From Leucoraja erinacea (lineage: Eukaryota): DNA of 64,000 nt. This document shows positions 24,179-37,179 of the stretch, in pieces. Below the pieces are notes generated by a model. The model did not search any database, was not told where the DNA came from, and worked only from the letters and a program-made list of their open reading frames with translations. The translations under genes were made by a program, and so were the position numbers. Location: assembly GCF_028641065.1 (NCBI RefSeq), contig NC_073391.1:11160001-11224000 (forward strand), given 5' to 3'. Position 1 is the first letter of the stretch. Every line of letters starts with the position of its first letter.

Positions 24179-25187
24179 ATGTTTACCTGGAAGGGTTGTT
24201 GGAGTCACTGAACAGAGATGGCGAAGAAGGCTTGAGGACAAGAGTGCACCTCCTACGGTTGCAGGAGAAGGTGCTTGGGGAGAGGGAGGAGTGGGTGGGT
24301 GGGTTGAGTGAACCAAGGAGTGGTGGAGTGAGTGGTCTCTGTGGAAAGCAGAAAAGAGTGAGAAGATCTGACTGCTGGATTATATTTTCCTCTCAGATAA
24401 CCAAAACATTCAGGACTGTTTCGATGAGCTGGCACATACAATTGAAATATGTTATTCCATTTGTAAAACATTATTTCAGCTGGATCAGACCTAAGCTTTG
24501 AGCCTGACTAATCTACTTACATTTTCGCAAGTCAATGATTGAAATGACATTCCACTAAGAACTCTTCCTTGTGTTGGCTGGTTGTGCTAAAGCATCTCTC
24601 CAGCAACACAGCAGCCTGATCACCAATAAAGTCTACAGGTCCTAAACATGTGGCCAAATCACACGTTAAAGTGCCCAGGGATACACAGAGAGTCATTAAG
24701 AAGTACACCTTGAACTTTAATGCTTCATCCTATTAAACAATGGGTGTCCATAAGTACCTAAAGATAAATTGTTCACTTAATTAACACTCCAAACCAAAAA
24801 AAAAAAACATGCATTTAGAAATTTGATATAACAGAACTTGTTTTATGGGTGCTGTACAGATACTTCAAGATGAAATAAATCTCATCTCTCCCTGGAGGAG
24901 GGGGTTCTGTTTCATGATCAGGTTAACTGCACAAACTAGTTACTGATGAGTCATTTATTTTAGCACCTTCATTCTTCTTACTGCTTACAAACATGCCAGC
25001 TCTTTAGCGTTAAAATTGTCCACTAAATCATTAAAATTGCATATAAGAAAAAGTACTTGGCCAGGATGAGACAACATGAAGAGGATAAAGAGGACCCACT
25101 CCCTCAGCAGTCGAGGTACTCCCCAAGATAAGGTTACACCGAGCGGCCCTTTATTGGTATCAATAATCAACCGCATCAGACCTAAAA

Positions 25188-25360
25188 ACTGAAGATAGAC
25201 ACAAAAAGCTGGTGTAAATCAGCGGGATAGGCAGCATCTCTGGAGAGAAGGAATGGGTGATGTTTCGGGTCGAGACGCTTCTTCAGACTAAGGGAAACAA
25301 GAGATATAGACAATGATGTAGAGGCATAAAGAACAATGAATAAAAGATTTGCAAAAAAGA
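25188..25360 (-). mobile_element. Penelope 3' repeat with hammerhead-like motif
   Basis: GTTTCGGGTCGAGACGCTTCTTCAGACT at ~25262-25289 reads CTGAAGAAGCGTCTCGACCCGAAAC on the minus strand. Confidence 0.8.
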
Positions 25361-25571
25361 CCTAAGAGCTGGATTGAGGAGCATATGTTTCCATGTATGC
25401 AAATCATGCGTAAACCCAGTTAACCCAGAGGAGATTGTGCCAGCGATTGTTTCCACATGATGGCATGACCAATTGTCCAGGGCACTACATAATGCAATTC
25501 ACAGCAGTGTGTTGGATGCTTCCTGGCATCTAGTTTGTACTTAATGCATCTAGTTTGTACTTAATGTTATA

Positions 25572-26475
25572 AAGAGCCAGGATGTTTAGGCACTAAAAAA
25601 CACTGAAGTAGGCAGGCAAAAAGGCACAATAAAATTACAAAAAAAGCATGAATAAGGCATTTACTAACAAAAAAAGGCATAAAAAGGCATATATTTCCAC
25701 CACCAAAATATGGTTAAAAATGATCACATAAAGGTATACTGCATTAAATGACCAAGTTGCCTGGTTGAAGATAATTACTAGCATTTTTTTCAAATGATCT
25801 GGTGTTAAATTATGCCATCTGTCAAACAGAATATGCTTCAGTTGTAAAAAACGTCTTTCTACCTCAGCTGAGGTCACTGGTGCATACCCGAAGCAAGCTA
25901 CAGGCTCTATATTCATGTCGATATCTTGTGCGTTACAACTACCTTTGAGAACTTTATCTATGTTTTGTATTTCTTCAAGATATTTGTTAGCTAAAGTCAC
26001 TCTCATATTTTCTCTGTATGTCTTTACCTACATCGCCAGGAACTTTACGAGTATCGTCAGTTACTTTGTTGAAAATCCGCTGGTTATGCACTAATGTTTT
26101 GCCACGTTTCTCAAGGGAAGTGGTAGGCTGTGGGAATTTGCAAAATTGGAAGCAATAAATAGATTTTGCAGAAAACTGAACCAGTGGGCAGCGGCACGAA
26201 TGAATGGATGACCGACGGTGGCATCCCCGGTGGTGGAAATTTTCTTGTAATTTATACTATCTTAACACGTTAATAATAACATTAATATTAACATGTTAAC
26301 ATAGAAAACGTCACTGTAATCATGGTACAACTAGAGAAAATAGCACAACCTTTTAGCAAAACAGCAAAAAAAAACCTGATTTAGGCACTCGATTATGAAA
26401 AAGGCATTATCCTGGTGAAATCATCAAAAAACGCATGAAAAGGCACATGGCATTTATGGCAAAATCCTGGCTCTA
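25572..26475 (-). mobile_element. Internally deleted hAT transposon with transposase C-terminus (hAT19/CGGBP-related type)
   Basis: TIRs AGAGCCAGGATGTT and AAAATCCTGGCTCTA; ORF 25635-26006 YAPVTSAEVERRFLQLKHILFDRWHNLTPDHLKKMLVI matches the hAT dimerisation motif; degenerate 8-bp flanks GTTATAAA and GTTTTCAC. Confidence 0.82.
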
Positions 26476-26682
26476 GTTTTCACTATTTGCAGAATGCCCA
26501 CTTCCACTCTTTCCAATATAACTTGAAGATTCCAGAGATGCTGCCTGACCCGCTGGGTTTGTGCCTATCTTCAATTTAAACCAGCATCTGCAGTTCCTTC
26601 TAACACATAACTTGGAGATTACTAGGATGCATCCTACACCAATCATTGAACATGTATTGCAACATGATGCTACGTTTTATGA

Positions 26683-26878
26683 CACAAGGAACTGCACTTG
26701 CTGGAATATTGAGTAAAACATAAAGTGCTGGAATATCGCAGCAGGTCAGGCAACATCTCGGGAGGATATGGCTAGGTGATATTTCAGACTGAAGAAGGGT
26801 TCCAAAAGGAAACATCGCCTATCCATGTCATCCAGCGATGCTGCCTGGCCTGCTGAGTTACTCCTGCACTTTGTGTGC
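26683..26878. mobile_element. Inverted pair of Penelope 3' repeats
   Basis: Antisense and sense units joined at TTCAGACTGAAG (~26783-26794). Confidence 0.75.
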
Positions 26879-27625
26879 TACTTTGTTGCATTAATTAACA
26901 TTTAAAAGTGGGCACGTGTCTGCTCTGCTCCATAGCCAACTACTAACACAACCATGGTTGCTTTACCAATTTTGGTTACCAAAACATTCAACAGGTGTAT
27001 CTTGGTGTTAACAACCCCCGGCAGCACTCACTCCCTCGAGACAACAGTATGGCGATGGTAGGATTCACAAGGTGATTGGTAACCCCAGGTTTGGAGCAGG
27101 GATGTCCACATCAGTGTACAGCCTCATTTAACATATAGCCTTCAGAGGCACCACATCTAGACTAGATCACAATGATGAACAAGGCATCCGCAAACCCAGT
27201 TTTTCTAAGGCTGTCATTGCTGACATGTGCAAAATTTGGTAGAAAGACTTGCAGCCGTGCTCTTGTGCCTGGGCTAATCTATTATGTAGACTCCTTCTGA
27301 CTCCTTGCATAGAGTATTCCTGACTAGCGACTGCAGATCTCTGGCAAGTCTCATACTTTGTTGCTCGGTCTTGCATCAGAGAGATTGCCCAAGTCGTATT
27401 TTCCTGGAGAGATGATCTCATCTACTTTACACTTCAATGGTGCCCAGGTGTCATCTCTGAGTCTGGGATCTGCCAGCGTAACCAGCTTCCCCTGTGCTCA
27501 GGCTGCCTCAATAGGAAGAGTGTTCCACACCTTCATTGTGACAGCTAGTTGAGGAGCATCAAAAACATTTGCTGATGACCAGTGTCACGGTCCACAATGG
27601 TATGATAGCTTATAAGCATTCGAGT

Positions 27626-27971
27626 GGGCAGTACCGTGGCAGAGAGGTAGAGTTGCTGCCTTACAGCGCCAGAGACCCGAGTTCAATCCTGACCACGGGT
27701 GCTGTCTGTACACGGTTTGTACAGTCTCTCTGTGACCACGTGGGTTTTCGCCAGATGCTCTAGTTTCCCCCCACACTCCAAAGATGGAGGGGTTTGTAGA
27801 TTAATTGGTAACATTGTAAAATTGTAAAAAAAATAAAATTGTAAAATAAAAAATATCCTTGTGCATAGGTTAGTGCGAGTGAAGATCACTGGTCGGCACA
27901 GGGTGATCACTGGTTAGCACGGACTGGGTGGGCCGAAGGGCCTGTTTCCCCACTGTATCTCTAAGGTCTAA
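27626..27971 (+). mobile_element. HE1/V-SINE, followed by a more degenerate copy to ~28180
   Basis: Head, core and tail GGGCCGAAGGGCCTGTTTCC. Confidence 0.88.
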
Positions 27972-28660
27972 AGAGTGTAACCTATTAGCAGCAGTGTGGG
28001 TGCAGAGTGATCCAACGAGTAATGCTACTACTCACAGATCCAATGATCCTGGTTCAATCCTGAATTCCAGGGAAATGTGGAGTTTGCATTTTCTCCAAGA
28101 GACTGCATAGGTTTCTCCCAAGTGTTCCAGTTTTTCCCTACGTCCAAGTGACATTCCGATTAATCGGTGGCTGTAAATATTACTGCTTAGAACAAGGGGG
28201 AGAGGTAAGAGAATCAGAGAGGCCATTAATGACATATGAGAAAGAAGAGATTACAGGGAAACAAGTGTGGGAATGGGATGGATGTTATTGCCCAGAGAGT
28301 TTGTGACATGTTTTCTGTATTATAAGAAAAATGTGAAAATATAGTCAAATTTATTTTCATTAGCACAGGTAAGGTGACGTTCAACAAAATCCCTTGCTTG
28401 CAGCAACATCTTGGGCATATAAACTTAGACAAATACAAAATCCAATTATACATAAGCAATACTACATAAATATAAATTATGATATCAAATGATGCCTGCT
28501 AGAGATGAATCACGCTGAGCTGTTAAACTATCTGATCATGAAGCTGAATCTGTCAGGATTAGTGTGGAGCTCAGGAAGGGACATGCCTAGTCCGAACAAG
28601 CCTGATTTAGGAGCAGAACCAAATTTGAAGAACCTCCAAACAAACTATGCGATGAGGACA

Positions 28661-28751
28661 CACAAAAATGCTGGAGAAGCTCAGTGGGTGCAGCAGCATC
28701 TATGGAGCGAAGGAAATAGGCAACGTTTCGGGCCGAAAGCCTTCTTCAGAC
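28661..28751 (-). mobile_element. 91-bp hammerhead-bearing Penelope-derived insertion with 14-bp TSD
   Basis: ATGCGATGAGGACA (28647-28660) and ATGTGATGAGGACA (28752-28765); minus strand reads CTGAAGAAGGCTTTCGGCCCGAAACGTTG. Confidence 0.85.
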
Positions 28752-29324
28752 ATGTGATGAGGACATGTGATCAGGACATGTGGGAACTAAAAAGAGCACG
28801 AGAGCCATTCAACCACAATCCCCCACTCCCCAACCCCCACCTACCTCCCCTGTCCAGTCCGCCACTCTATAAGTTCATGGGTGATCTGATTACAACCTCA
28901 ACTTAGTGTTCTTGCCAACTCCCAATAACAGTTGACACCATGGCACGTGCATGAAAAATACTTAATGACTGCTTCTGCTTTTGGCTCAGGAAGAGAGTTT
29001 TACTCTCTCTAGGGGCAAATATAATATGCTGTACTTCTGCTGACACCTTATTTTTAAACGGTGAACCTCTAGGTTTAGGAACATGCAAGCACCAGAATTG
29101 ATGTGGATTTATAACGTTAAGATTCTGCTGTCTGTCTACATTACAGGCCCACGCATGCAAAGACCTCATTGTGCTGTGGAGCTTGGAGTGCTGGCTGAAG
29201 AGTGGCAGGAGCAAAATGAGTGTGAGGAGGGCTGCTGGAGGTATGTAGGTTTGAATATGAGGATACCATCAGTATCCATTGCATTAGCCCTGTATTTCAC
29301 ATGAACACATCAACATATCTTTAG

Positions 29325-29555
29325 TCAGGGGTGGTGAATCTGTAGCATTCTTTGCCACAGAAGACTATGGAGGCCAAGTCAGTGGATATTTTTAAGGCAG
29401 AGATAGATAGATTATTGATTAGTACGGGTGCCAGAGGTTATGGGGAGAAGGCAGGAGAATGGAGTTAGAAGGGAGAGATAGATCAGCCATGGTTGAATGG
29501 CGCAATAGACTTGATGGGCCGAATGGCCTAATTCTGCACCTATCACTTAAGACGT
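29325..29555 (+). mobile_element. CR1 3' end
   Basis: GTGGTGAATCTG...GGGCCGAATGGCCTAATTCTGC. Confidence 0.85.
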
Positions 29556-29566
29556 AACAAATGTCC

Positions 29567-30362
29567 CATTCCTTTCCAGTGCTTTCTTTTCATTAGGAGC
29601 TCTAACACAAAAGCATCAATGATCCATTCTACTAACAGCTACAGTTAAGGATGTGGGAGCTTTATCCCACAAGGGTGTGAAAAGCTTCAGTGAGTGACTC
29701 TACACGTTTGGATGATTCCATCACAATGAATTGCTGGCAGTGTACCCATGACATGAGATGTAAGTTGTGAGTTTGAGTCTTCCAGCAGCACAAAGGATCC
29801 TGTAGACTAACTGATGGAAACTGATGTTGGTGATTGATGGTGTAATGGTACATTGAACATTGCCTGATACATGCAGTATTGTTAGTGGAACACGGCACAT
29901 GAAGATTGCTCAAGTTAACTAACCTTGGCTGCACTTGGTGGGAATATTGAACTAACTGCATCTAACCTCTTGGAGATTGGCTTCTGTTATTGATCTTCCC
30001 GGTTCTGCTCTCACCATCTTTTTCTGATGTATCTGCTCATTGTGGGTACAGAACATTTTCCACCCCTTCACCAAGACCTCAATTTTGATGTGCCAAATGC
30101 TACAGAATCTGTTCTATCCTGCAACCCGACATACCTTGAAATGTTCTGGATAGGTTTCAATGATGTAGAATCTCCACCGATGATGTCCTAAAGCTTCTCT
30201 CTCCTGCCCTGAAACTGAATGTGATGCAAGGTGTCTTTCAACAGTCATTCCTTTCCAGTGCTTTCTTTCATTAGGAGCTCTACACAAAAATCAATGATCC
30301 ATTCTACTAACAGCTACAGTTAAGGGATGGGGAGCTTTAATCCCACAAGGGTGTAAAAGCTT
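29567..30362 (+). repeat. ~120-bp dispersed direct repeat (29567-29687 and 30246-30362)
   Basis: CATTCCTTTCCAGTGC...GGGTGT(G)AAAAGCTT occurs twice, differing mostly by 1-2 nt indels. Confidence 0.9.
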
Positions 30363-32924
30363 GCACACCATCTCTGACGGCAGCCAGCCACTCGTGAAAA
30401 CAGCCCTTCCTCCTAATGAAGTGTTAAACCATGAACAGTGTTGGCCAGATGTTACATCATTAATAGCAGCAGGAAAGCTACTTGCATTATACTGAATGAG
30501 CAAAGGTTAATTGCATGCAAGATTCCCCGAGATTTTGGAGATATGGGCTTAGGTATTCTTGTGCGGGCTTTGCCATCTGCACTCATGTCTTGCATTCCTC
30601 CATCTTCCTCAACTTTCCTACTCCAGATTCATAAGGTTGCTTGGCAAAACCATCTTAGCACTAAGTAACAAGCGCTTCAGCATGTTAATAGTGCCGTCAC
30701 AAACTATTAAGGACACATAATTTGGGTCAAAGCTGGAAATGTTTGACACACAGTGAATGAAGCTTTGTTTCCAGATGCTGAGCATTTTCAATGTGCCTGA
30801 GCAACTCTAGTAATAAAACAATTCTGAACGATTTGGATTGTCTGCTACATCACCTCTCCCCACCAACATGCCCGCTCCTCTCCCTTAAATCGTCCCCTCC
30901 TTCCCAGTCACATTTCTGCTGATCATTTCTTCCACTAAAAAGGTAAAAATGTCAACCTTGCTTTTTTTTGCTAATCACGCTGACTGAGTCCATTGAGAAT
31001 AGATTTAAATCCGATGCTGGCATTCAGTCTAATTTTAATTTTCCTGAGCCGTGACTGTTGATGAAGAATATGTTTAATGAGCTTATTAAATTTTCTTTCA
31101 CAATGAAAATCATGCGTAAAATGTATTCAAAATATTAACAGATGCTGGATAAATACAAGTGGGTTAAGGTTAATAATAATATGCATTTCAAGGGGACTGT
31201 TTTCATTCCTTTCACATGAATCATTTCACTGCTACCTTGATGGTGCCTTTTCATAAATTCTGTACTTGTCAAAATGAGGAATAACTGCTGAGGAAAAATG
31301 GTTTCACTCCCCTCCGAAACACTATTATTTCTGCTGTTGCATCAGCAGGGAGCATTAATGTTTTTACACTTCAGTGGGATTCTTTAATAGAATGTAAGCA
31401 TTTTTCAAGGCTGATTTGTTAATTACTCTAATGTTTGGGCTTCAATTTTTGTGACACATTTGACTGTTTGAAAGATCATGATAAATCACTAAACCAGTCT
31501 TTTTTACCTGGGTCGTTATATCCTTCAACTCTTCAATTCAAAGAAGTCAACTTAGTGTTCAGAGATTTATTTTGATGGTCCCGCATGGCCAACTCAACAA
31601 AACTGTTGTAGAAATGGATGTTCGTAAGTGGTAAAAGCCAGTTTGACAGTCTAAAAACTATAAGTCACTCGACAATCACCAAGGGAGAGAAGGCATTCAA
31701 CTTAAGAAGAGTGATACTCACTCCTTGTGCGAAGGAAATAATTTAAAGTACTCAACTGAAGTTAACCATAAATGTTTAGAATTGGCGAACATGCAGGAAG
31801 AGCTCTTGTAATCCAAATATGGGTCTTCCCAGATAGGGGCGAATACTTAGAAGAATTCATATTTGCTCCTTGCACAAGGGAATTGAATTAAAGTTGAACT
31901 GATCATATGATTATTTTTTTAAAGAGCTAGTTAACATGTAGGTAGCTGTTTTTTGCATAAGGAATTATTTATTGGCGTTAGCATAATTTGATATATTTAG
32001 TTAGATAGTTAGATAATACTTTGGCTTTGGGCATGGATTTCTTAGCTGAGCGCTTATCCTGGAGTTATAGCACAAGTACTTTGTGATTTAATTGTAATTA
32101 AATTTAACCACTAACATGGTGATCTATCACCTCTATCTATGTTAACACATTGCATTGAACTTAATGTGAAGAAATACTGGAAATACGTAGCGAGTCAGGT
32201 AGCATCTGTGGAAAGTGAAACAGACTTAATGTTCAGAATGATTGCTTTGTTTTAAAACTTAATTAATAGGTTACATGTTCAGAAAATGCATCCTCTGATA
32301 CAAAAAAATGTCAATAAGAGGGTTAGCGTAAAGCATTATTAACCTGAAACGTTAACTGTTTCATTCTTGACAGATACTGTGTGGCCCACTGAGTCTCTCT
32401 AGCATGTAATGTTTTAATTTCAGAATCTATTTGTGATAATATCTTGATTTATATATTTTATCTATCACCAATTACAACACAGTGGGCCAAGACTTGATGA
32501 CAGTTAATGTTCTAAACACCAAATTAATTGACAGCTTAGTCATGTGAAATTGTTTGAAATTGTTAAATCTTCAAATTAATCAGACTCAATGACTTTTCAC
32601 CTCTCCTCACATCCGTTGAGTTGCTGTAACACAAAGAGAAGGTCAGCATGTATCAGCATTCCAAAATTATGTATCCATTCAGATCTCCCTTAAGCCTCAA
32701 TTCAGTATATGGTTTCCTCAGGAACCCTTTCCAATCCTATCACCCGCTTCATATCAATTTCAGCAGGGATGACTAACAGAATAGAGTCCACCTTGTGTAC
32801 TCTGTCCAAAATAAGGAATCATTCAAGATCAAATGCAAGGCTCCTCAAATTTCACTTGCCTTAAATGAGGTTCTAATCAGTGTCTAATTGCAATGTGGGT
32901 GATGGGGTCACCTCATGCATATCT

Positions 32925-33348
32925 GAGTTTGAGTGTGAATAAGTTTATTGGCCGAGTATGTACACATACAAGGAGTTTGCCTTGGTGCTCCGCATACCAC
33001 ACGACATACAGTAATAACATGGTATACAGTCACAATTAAGAATAAAACATAAAACATTAAACATTAACAATAAAACATTATAGTTCAAACATGTGAATGA
33101 AATAAATTACCAAATTAAAATGAGGCTACACACTTTTGGTTGTTGAGTAAAGCTACGACTCATAGAAAAAAGCTGTTTTTATGTCTGGCTGTGGCGGCTT
33201 TGACAGTTGCCTTCCAGAGGGAAGTGATTCAAAGAGTTTGTGCCAGGGTGAGAGGGGTCAGAGATGATCTTACCCACTCGCTTCTTGGCATTTGCAGTGT
33301 ACAGTTCGTCAATGGGGGGAAGGTTGCAGCCAACAACCTTCTCAGCTT
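32925..33348 (-). mobile_element. Rex1/Babar-like 3' fragment
   Basis: (TGAGTT)n tail plus TTTATT (AATAAA on minus); coding end resembles 44560-44760. Confidence 0.65.
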
Positions 33349-33854
33349 ATGAAAGAAATACTGCTTTGCATGTGAACGCAGTGACCTCAGTCAAACAATG
33401 GACAATATCCAAACTTCCTGCACAAATTTGATGAAGATACATTTGTGATAACTCCCTCCCCAAACAAGGCACGCACTGGCTTATGAAACTCAGTATAAAA
33501 ACGTTTCTCCAGCCAAATGCAAGAATATGCAAGAATCTTTGCTTCCTGGGACATCACAACTGTCAACTTTGGCTTGGAGTGTGGCTGAGAAGGCAAAAGA
33601 ATGGACAAATGTAATATAACTATTCCACACATAGGGCAACAGACACCTTAAATGGATGTCAGCTGATGACCAGGAATTTTAACGGAGGATTAAATCATTT
33701 TTGATAAGTAAACCAAGTGAGAAATGTGTGTGGTGAGTTTTCTGTTCTGGTTTGGAATTCTTGGAATGACTAAATAGACCTGGTCTGAAGAAGAGTCTCG
33801 ACCCGAGACATCATCCATTCATTATCTCCAAAGATGCTGCCTGTTCCACTGTTA

Positions 33855-34182
33855 AAGCCCTGTTCCACTTTCCCGAGTTACTCACGAACACTCCGAGTTT
33901 TCCCCTTGATTCGAACTCGGAGAATTATGGTAATAGCCGTTCGTAGGTACTCGGGGCTATTCTTTTTATTCGTGGACATTTTTCAACATGTTAAAAAAAC
34001 GTCCCGACTTACCTGATGCCCCAAGTTCCTACGGCTGGCATTACGAGCCGCTACGAAACATCTACGGACTCCATCGGGCTCTTACGGACTCGCTACCGAC
34101 ATTCCCCGACATTCCCCAAGTTTGAATCAAGGGGAAAACTTGGGAGAGTTTGTGAGTAACTCGGGTAAGTGGGACAGGGTCT
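33855..34182. mobile_element. PIF/Harbinger-type MITE inserted in a Penelope hammerhead unit (33782-34205)
   Basis: Long TIRs AAGCCCTGTTCCACTTTCCCGAGTTACTCACGAAC and GTTTGTGAGTAACTCGGGTAAGTGGGACAGGGTCT; TTA TSD at 33852-33854 and 34183-34185. Confidence 0.88.
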
Positions 34183-35574
34183 TTACTCCGGCATTTTGTA
34201 TCTATCAAAGTGGTCTTTGTTCGTTTCTCTGTCTAGTTGTCTATGTGATGATTCAGACATAGATGAACTATTAGGGAACATTAGGGAACGTATTGATATA
34301 TTTTAACTTTACATATATTTGAACAAAGGGAAAACATCAATGAAATGATATTGAATTCTTACAAACTCAGACAGGCTGAATTGCATTCCTGAATATAAAT
34401 GAGTGATATTTTTCATTGGGTTAATGTCATTCATCCTTTGGTGTGCTTTTAGTCATGCTTTTAGTAATGCATTGATATGAAGCAGAGAAGATCCCTTTGC
34501 ATGAAGAAATAGTGACAATTTCAATATAACTTGTATTTAACAACAATACAATGCTATTCAAAAACACTGCAGTTACAGATAAGCCATTTCTGCTTCTGCC
34601 AAGGAATTGATATATGTTTTCATTCAGTGCGCCCCAAAATGCCTTTAGAATAATGAATTATTCTTCCAGTTGCTATGCTACAAACTAATCTTTGAAGTTG
34701 GCAGGGATCGTGCAGCTGGAGTACCCTTTCCAGCTTACCTAAAGAGCTCCTCTTTGAATGTATAAAGGGAAATTTAGACATGTGTCATAAAATGCAAGTT
34801 GGAAAATCAACAGCTTACTTTCAAAAATTGCATCAAAAAGAATTATTAAAACATGTTGTCCGTAATGAAGGAACATTTCTCAACTGCACGTGAATAAAGC
34901 TAAATGTAATTTGTAATACAGTTTATTGATTATTTGATACTGCCACAACCATCTGAAGTTACAACATAACAATCATAAACAATTGATAACAAATGTATCT
35001 TCTTTCAGAAGATCTAACCGTCACTTGAGAATGCTTCCCCTCAAAATGTCACCAGCTAGTTTGTCACATTTGCTGAAGTCCCAGCAGCTTTTCTTGCAGA
35101 ACAATTTGTCTGTAAAAGCAATTTAACCGAACTTAGACTATGCTAGTGATCATTTCAGAGAAAGCGTGAATCGATTGGGAAATTGGCCTGGCCACATCCG
35201 TAGGTAGTTCATCAAAGTGTGACATTGTTTAATTGTGGATGGCATCACGTTTTACATTACATATTTTCTTGCTCAATGGCATAAATTAAAGCTTCTGGGT
35301 ATAGCTTTTGACCTTCACTGAAAATTGCTCAATATGATTAAGAGTGCATTGTGCTATCTTATTGTTTTCTATTTTAAGGGACACAGTTGTCATTACATGC
35401 AACTGGACACTGACAGCAGACTGCACAGGCACCTTCCAAAAATAATGGACAGTATTTTTAACTGCAATTTTGCTGCTGGGGTACCCAATCAATGGATACT
35501 CAATAGTGTTACCACTGGTAATACTCCATTGGCAATCTTACAAGGTGAGACATGATGGGAACCATATCAATGCC

Positions 35575-35810
35575 ACTTAATCATCGACCACAACCAGAGA
35601 GCAGTGTTGAACTACTATCTACCTCATTGGTGACCCTCGGACTATTGGACTTTGCTGGCTTTATCTTGCACTAAACGTTATTCCCTTATCATGTATCTTA
35701 ACACTGTAAATGGCTCGATTGTAATCATGTTTTGTCTTTCTGCTGGCTGGTTAGCACACAACAAAGACCTTTCCACTGTACACGTGGCAATAAACTAAAC
35801 TAACCTAAAT
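35575..35810 (+). mobile_element. Rex1/Babar-type 3' UTR tail
   Basis: Homologous to 21350-21520; ends CAATAAACTAAAC. Confidence 0.7.
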
Positions 35811-36488
35811 TTCTGCACAGTGAAGGAGACCATTTGCTAGTGGGTACAATGGTCAAACGGCCCATTAGTTACAGGATGCGTACTCCAGAGCCTGCACTAA
35901 AAAACTGCAAATGTTGAAGGGTCATTGACTTGAAATGTTAACTGTTAAATGTTAAATGTTAATGTTGAAATGATTTTAATTCCACATTGAAGTCTTTTAC
36001 CATCGGGCAAATAAATCATCTTCTGTTCACTTCCTGTGATGTTCCCTTAGTTGTTGAATCTATGCTTCTTCGCGTTGAAATAACTCGATTCTGTCAGGAA
36101 TTGTGCATGTTCAGCTTTAATGCAAGAATCTGATGACCAGAAATATAAAAATAATTATATTGATGATTTTAACCTATTTTTTGTTAATTTCAGTATTTAT
36201 TTGCCAGTAATATGATTGGGCATTAAAGCTATACACAGCATAATTTCAGCACTGCATTATAAGGGTCAAGCAATAATATTTTTTTCACAGGTCAATTATC
36301 AAAAGAAAGGTTAAAACTACTGATTATGAGAGGACCACTCTTCTTTTAAGGAAATAAAGCAGAGAAGCATTTGTATTTGAGACACATCTCAGGAATTTTA
36401 GAAACAGAAACCAAAACGAGTGACAAATTTACTTGACAAAATGCATAACTATCCTGCTGATTCCTCTTCATAAAAGGCAGGATAAAAA

Positions 36489-36830
36489 ATAGAAACATAG
36501 AAAATAGGTGCAGGAATAGGCCATTTGGCCCTTCGAGCCAGCACTGCCATTCAATATGATCATGGATGATCATTCAAAATCTTTACCCCATTCCCGCTAA
36601 TTCCCCATATCTCTTGATTTTGTCAGCCACAAGAGCTAAATCTAACTTTCTGTTGAAAACATCCAGTGAATTGGCCTCCACAACCTTCTGTGGCAGAGAG
36701 TCCACAGATTCACAACTCTCTGGGTTTTTCCTCATCTGAGTCCTAACTCAAACCTCAGTCCTTATTCTTAAACTTTGACCCCTAGTTCTGGACTCGCCCA
36801 ACATCGGGAACATTTTTCCTGCATCTAGCC
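36489..36830 (-). mobile_element. CR1 3' end
   Basis: AGAAACATAGAAA tail; same family as 55946-56572. Confidence 0.88.
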
Positions 36831-37179
36831 CGACCCAATGCCAACCACAACCAACTGTTTTACAAATCACCTTCCCTCCTTCAACTGAGAAGTGGGGTGT
36901 TCACAGCCAACGACACAGTCCTCTGTTCTGTTGTAGCTCCACAGCTATTGAAGTGCTTCATACCCACATTCACGATCTAGATGCTATTCAGGACTAGACT
37001 GATAAATAGTATGCAAATTATGCACAACACATATCCATTCTGTTCAGTGGCTGTCAGCAACAAGAGTTTATTCACCTTCCCTTGATCATCAACAGAAATA
37101 CCATCATCAAAGTCCACATCATTACTATGCTAAGGACTACTAAAGATCAGAAACAACTGGATTAGTCATATGAGTATAA

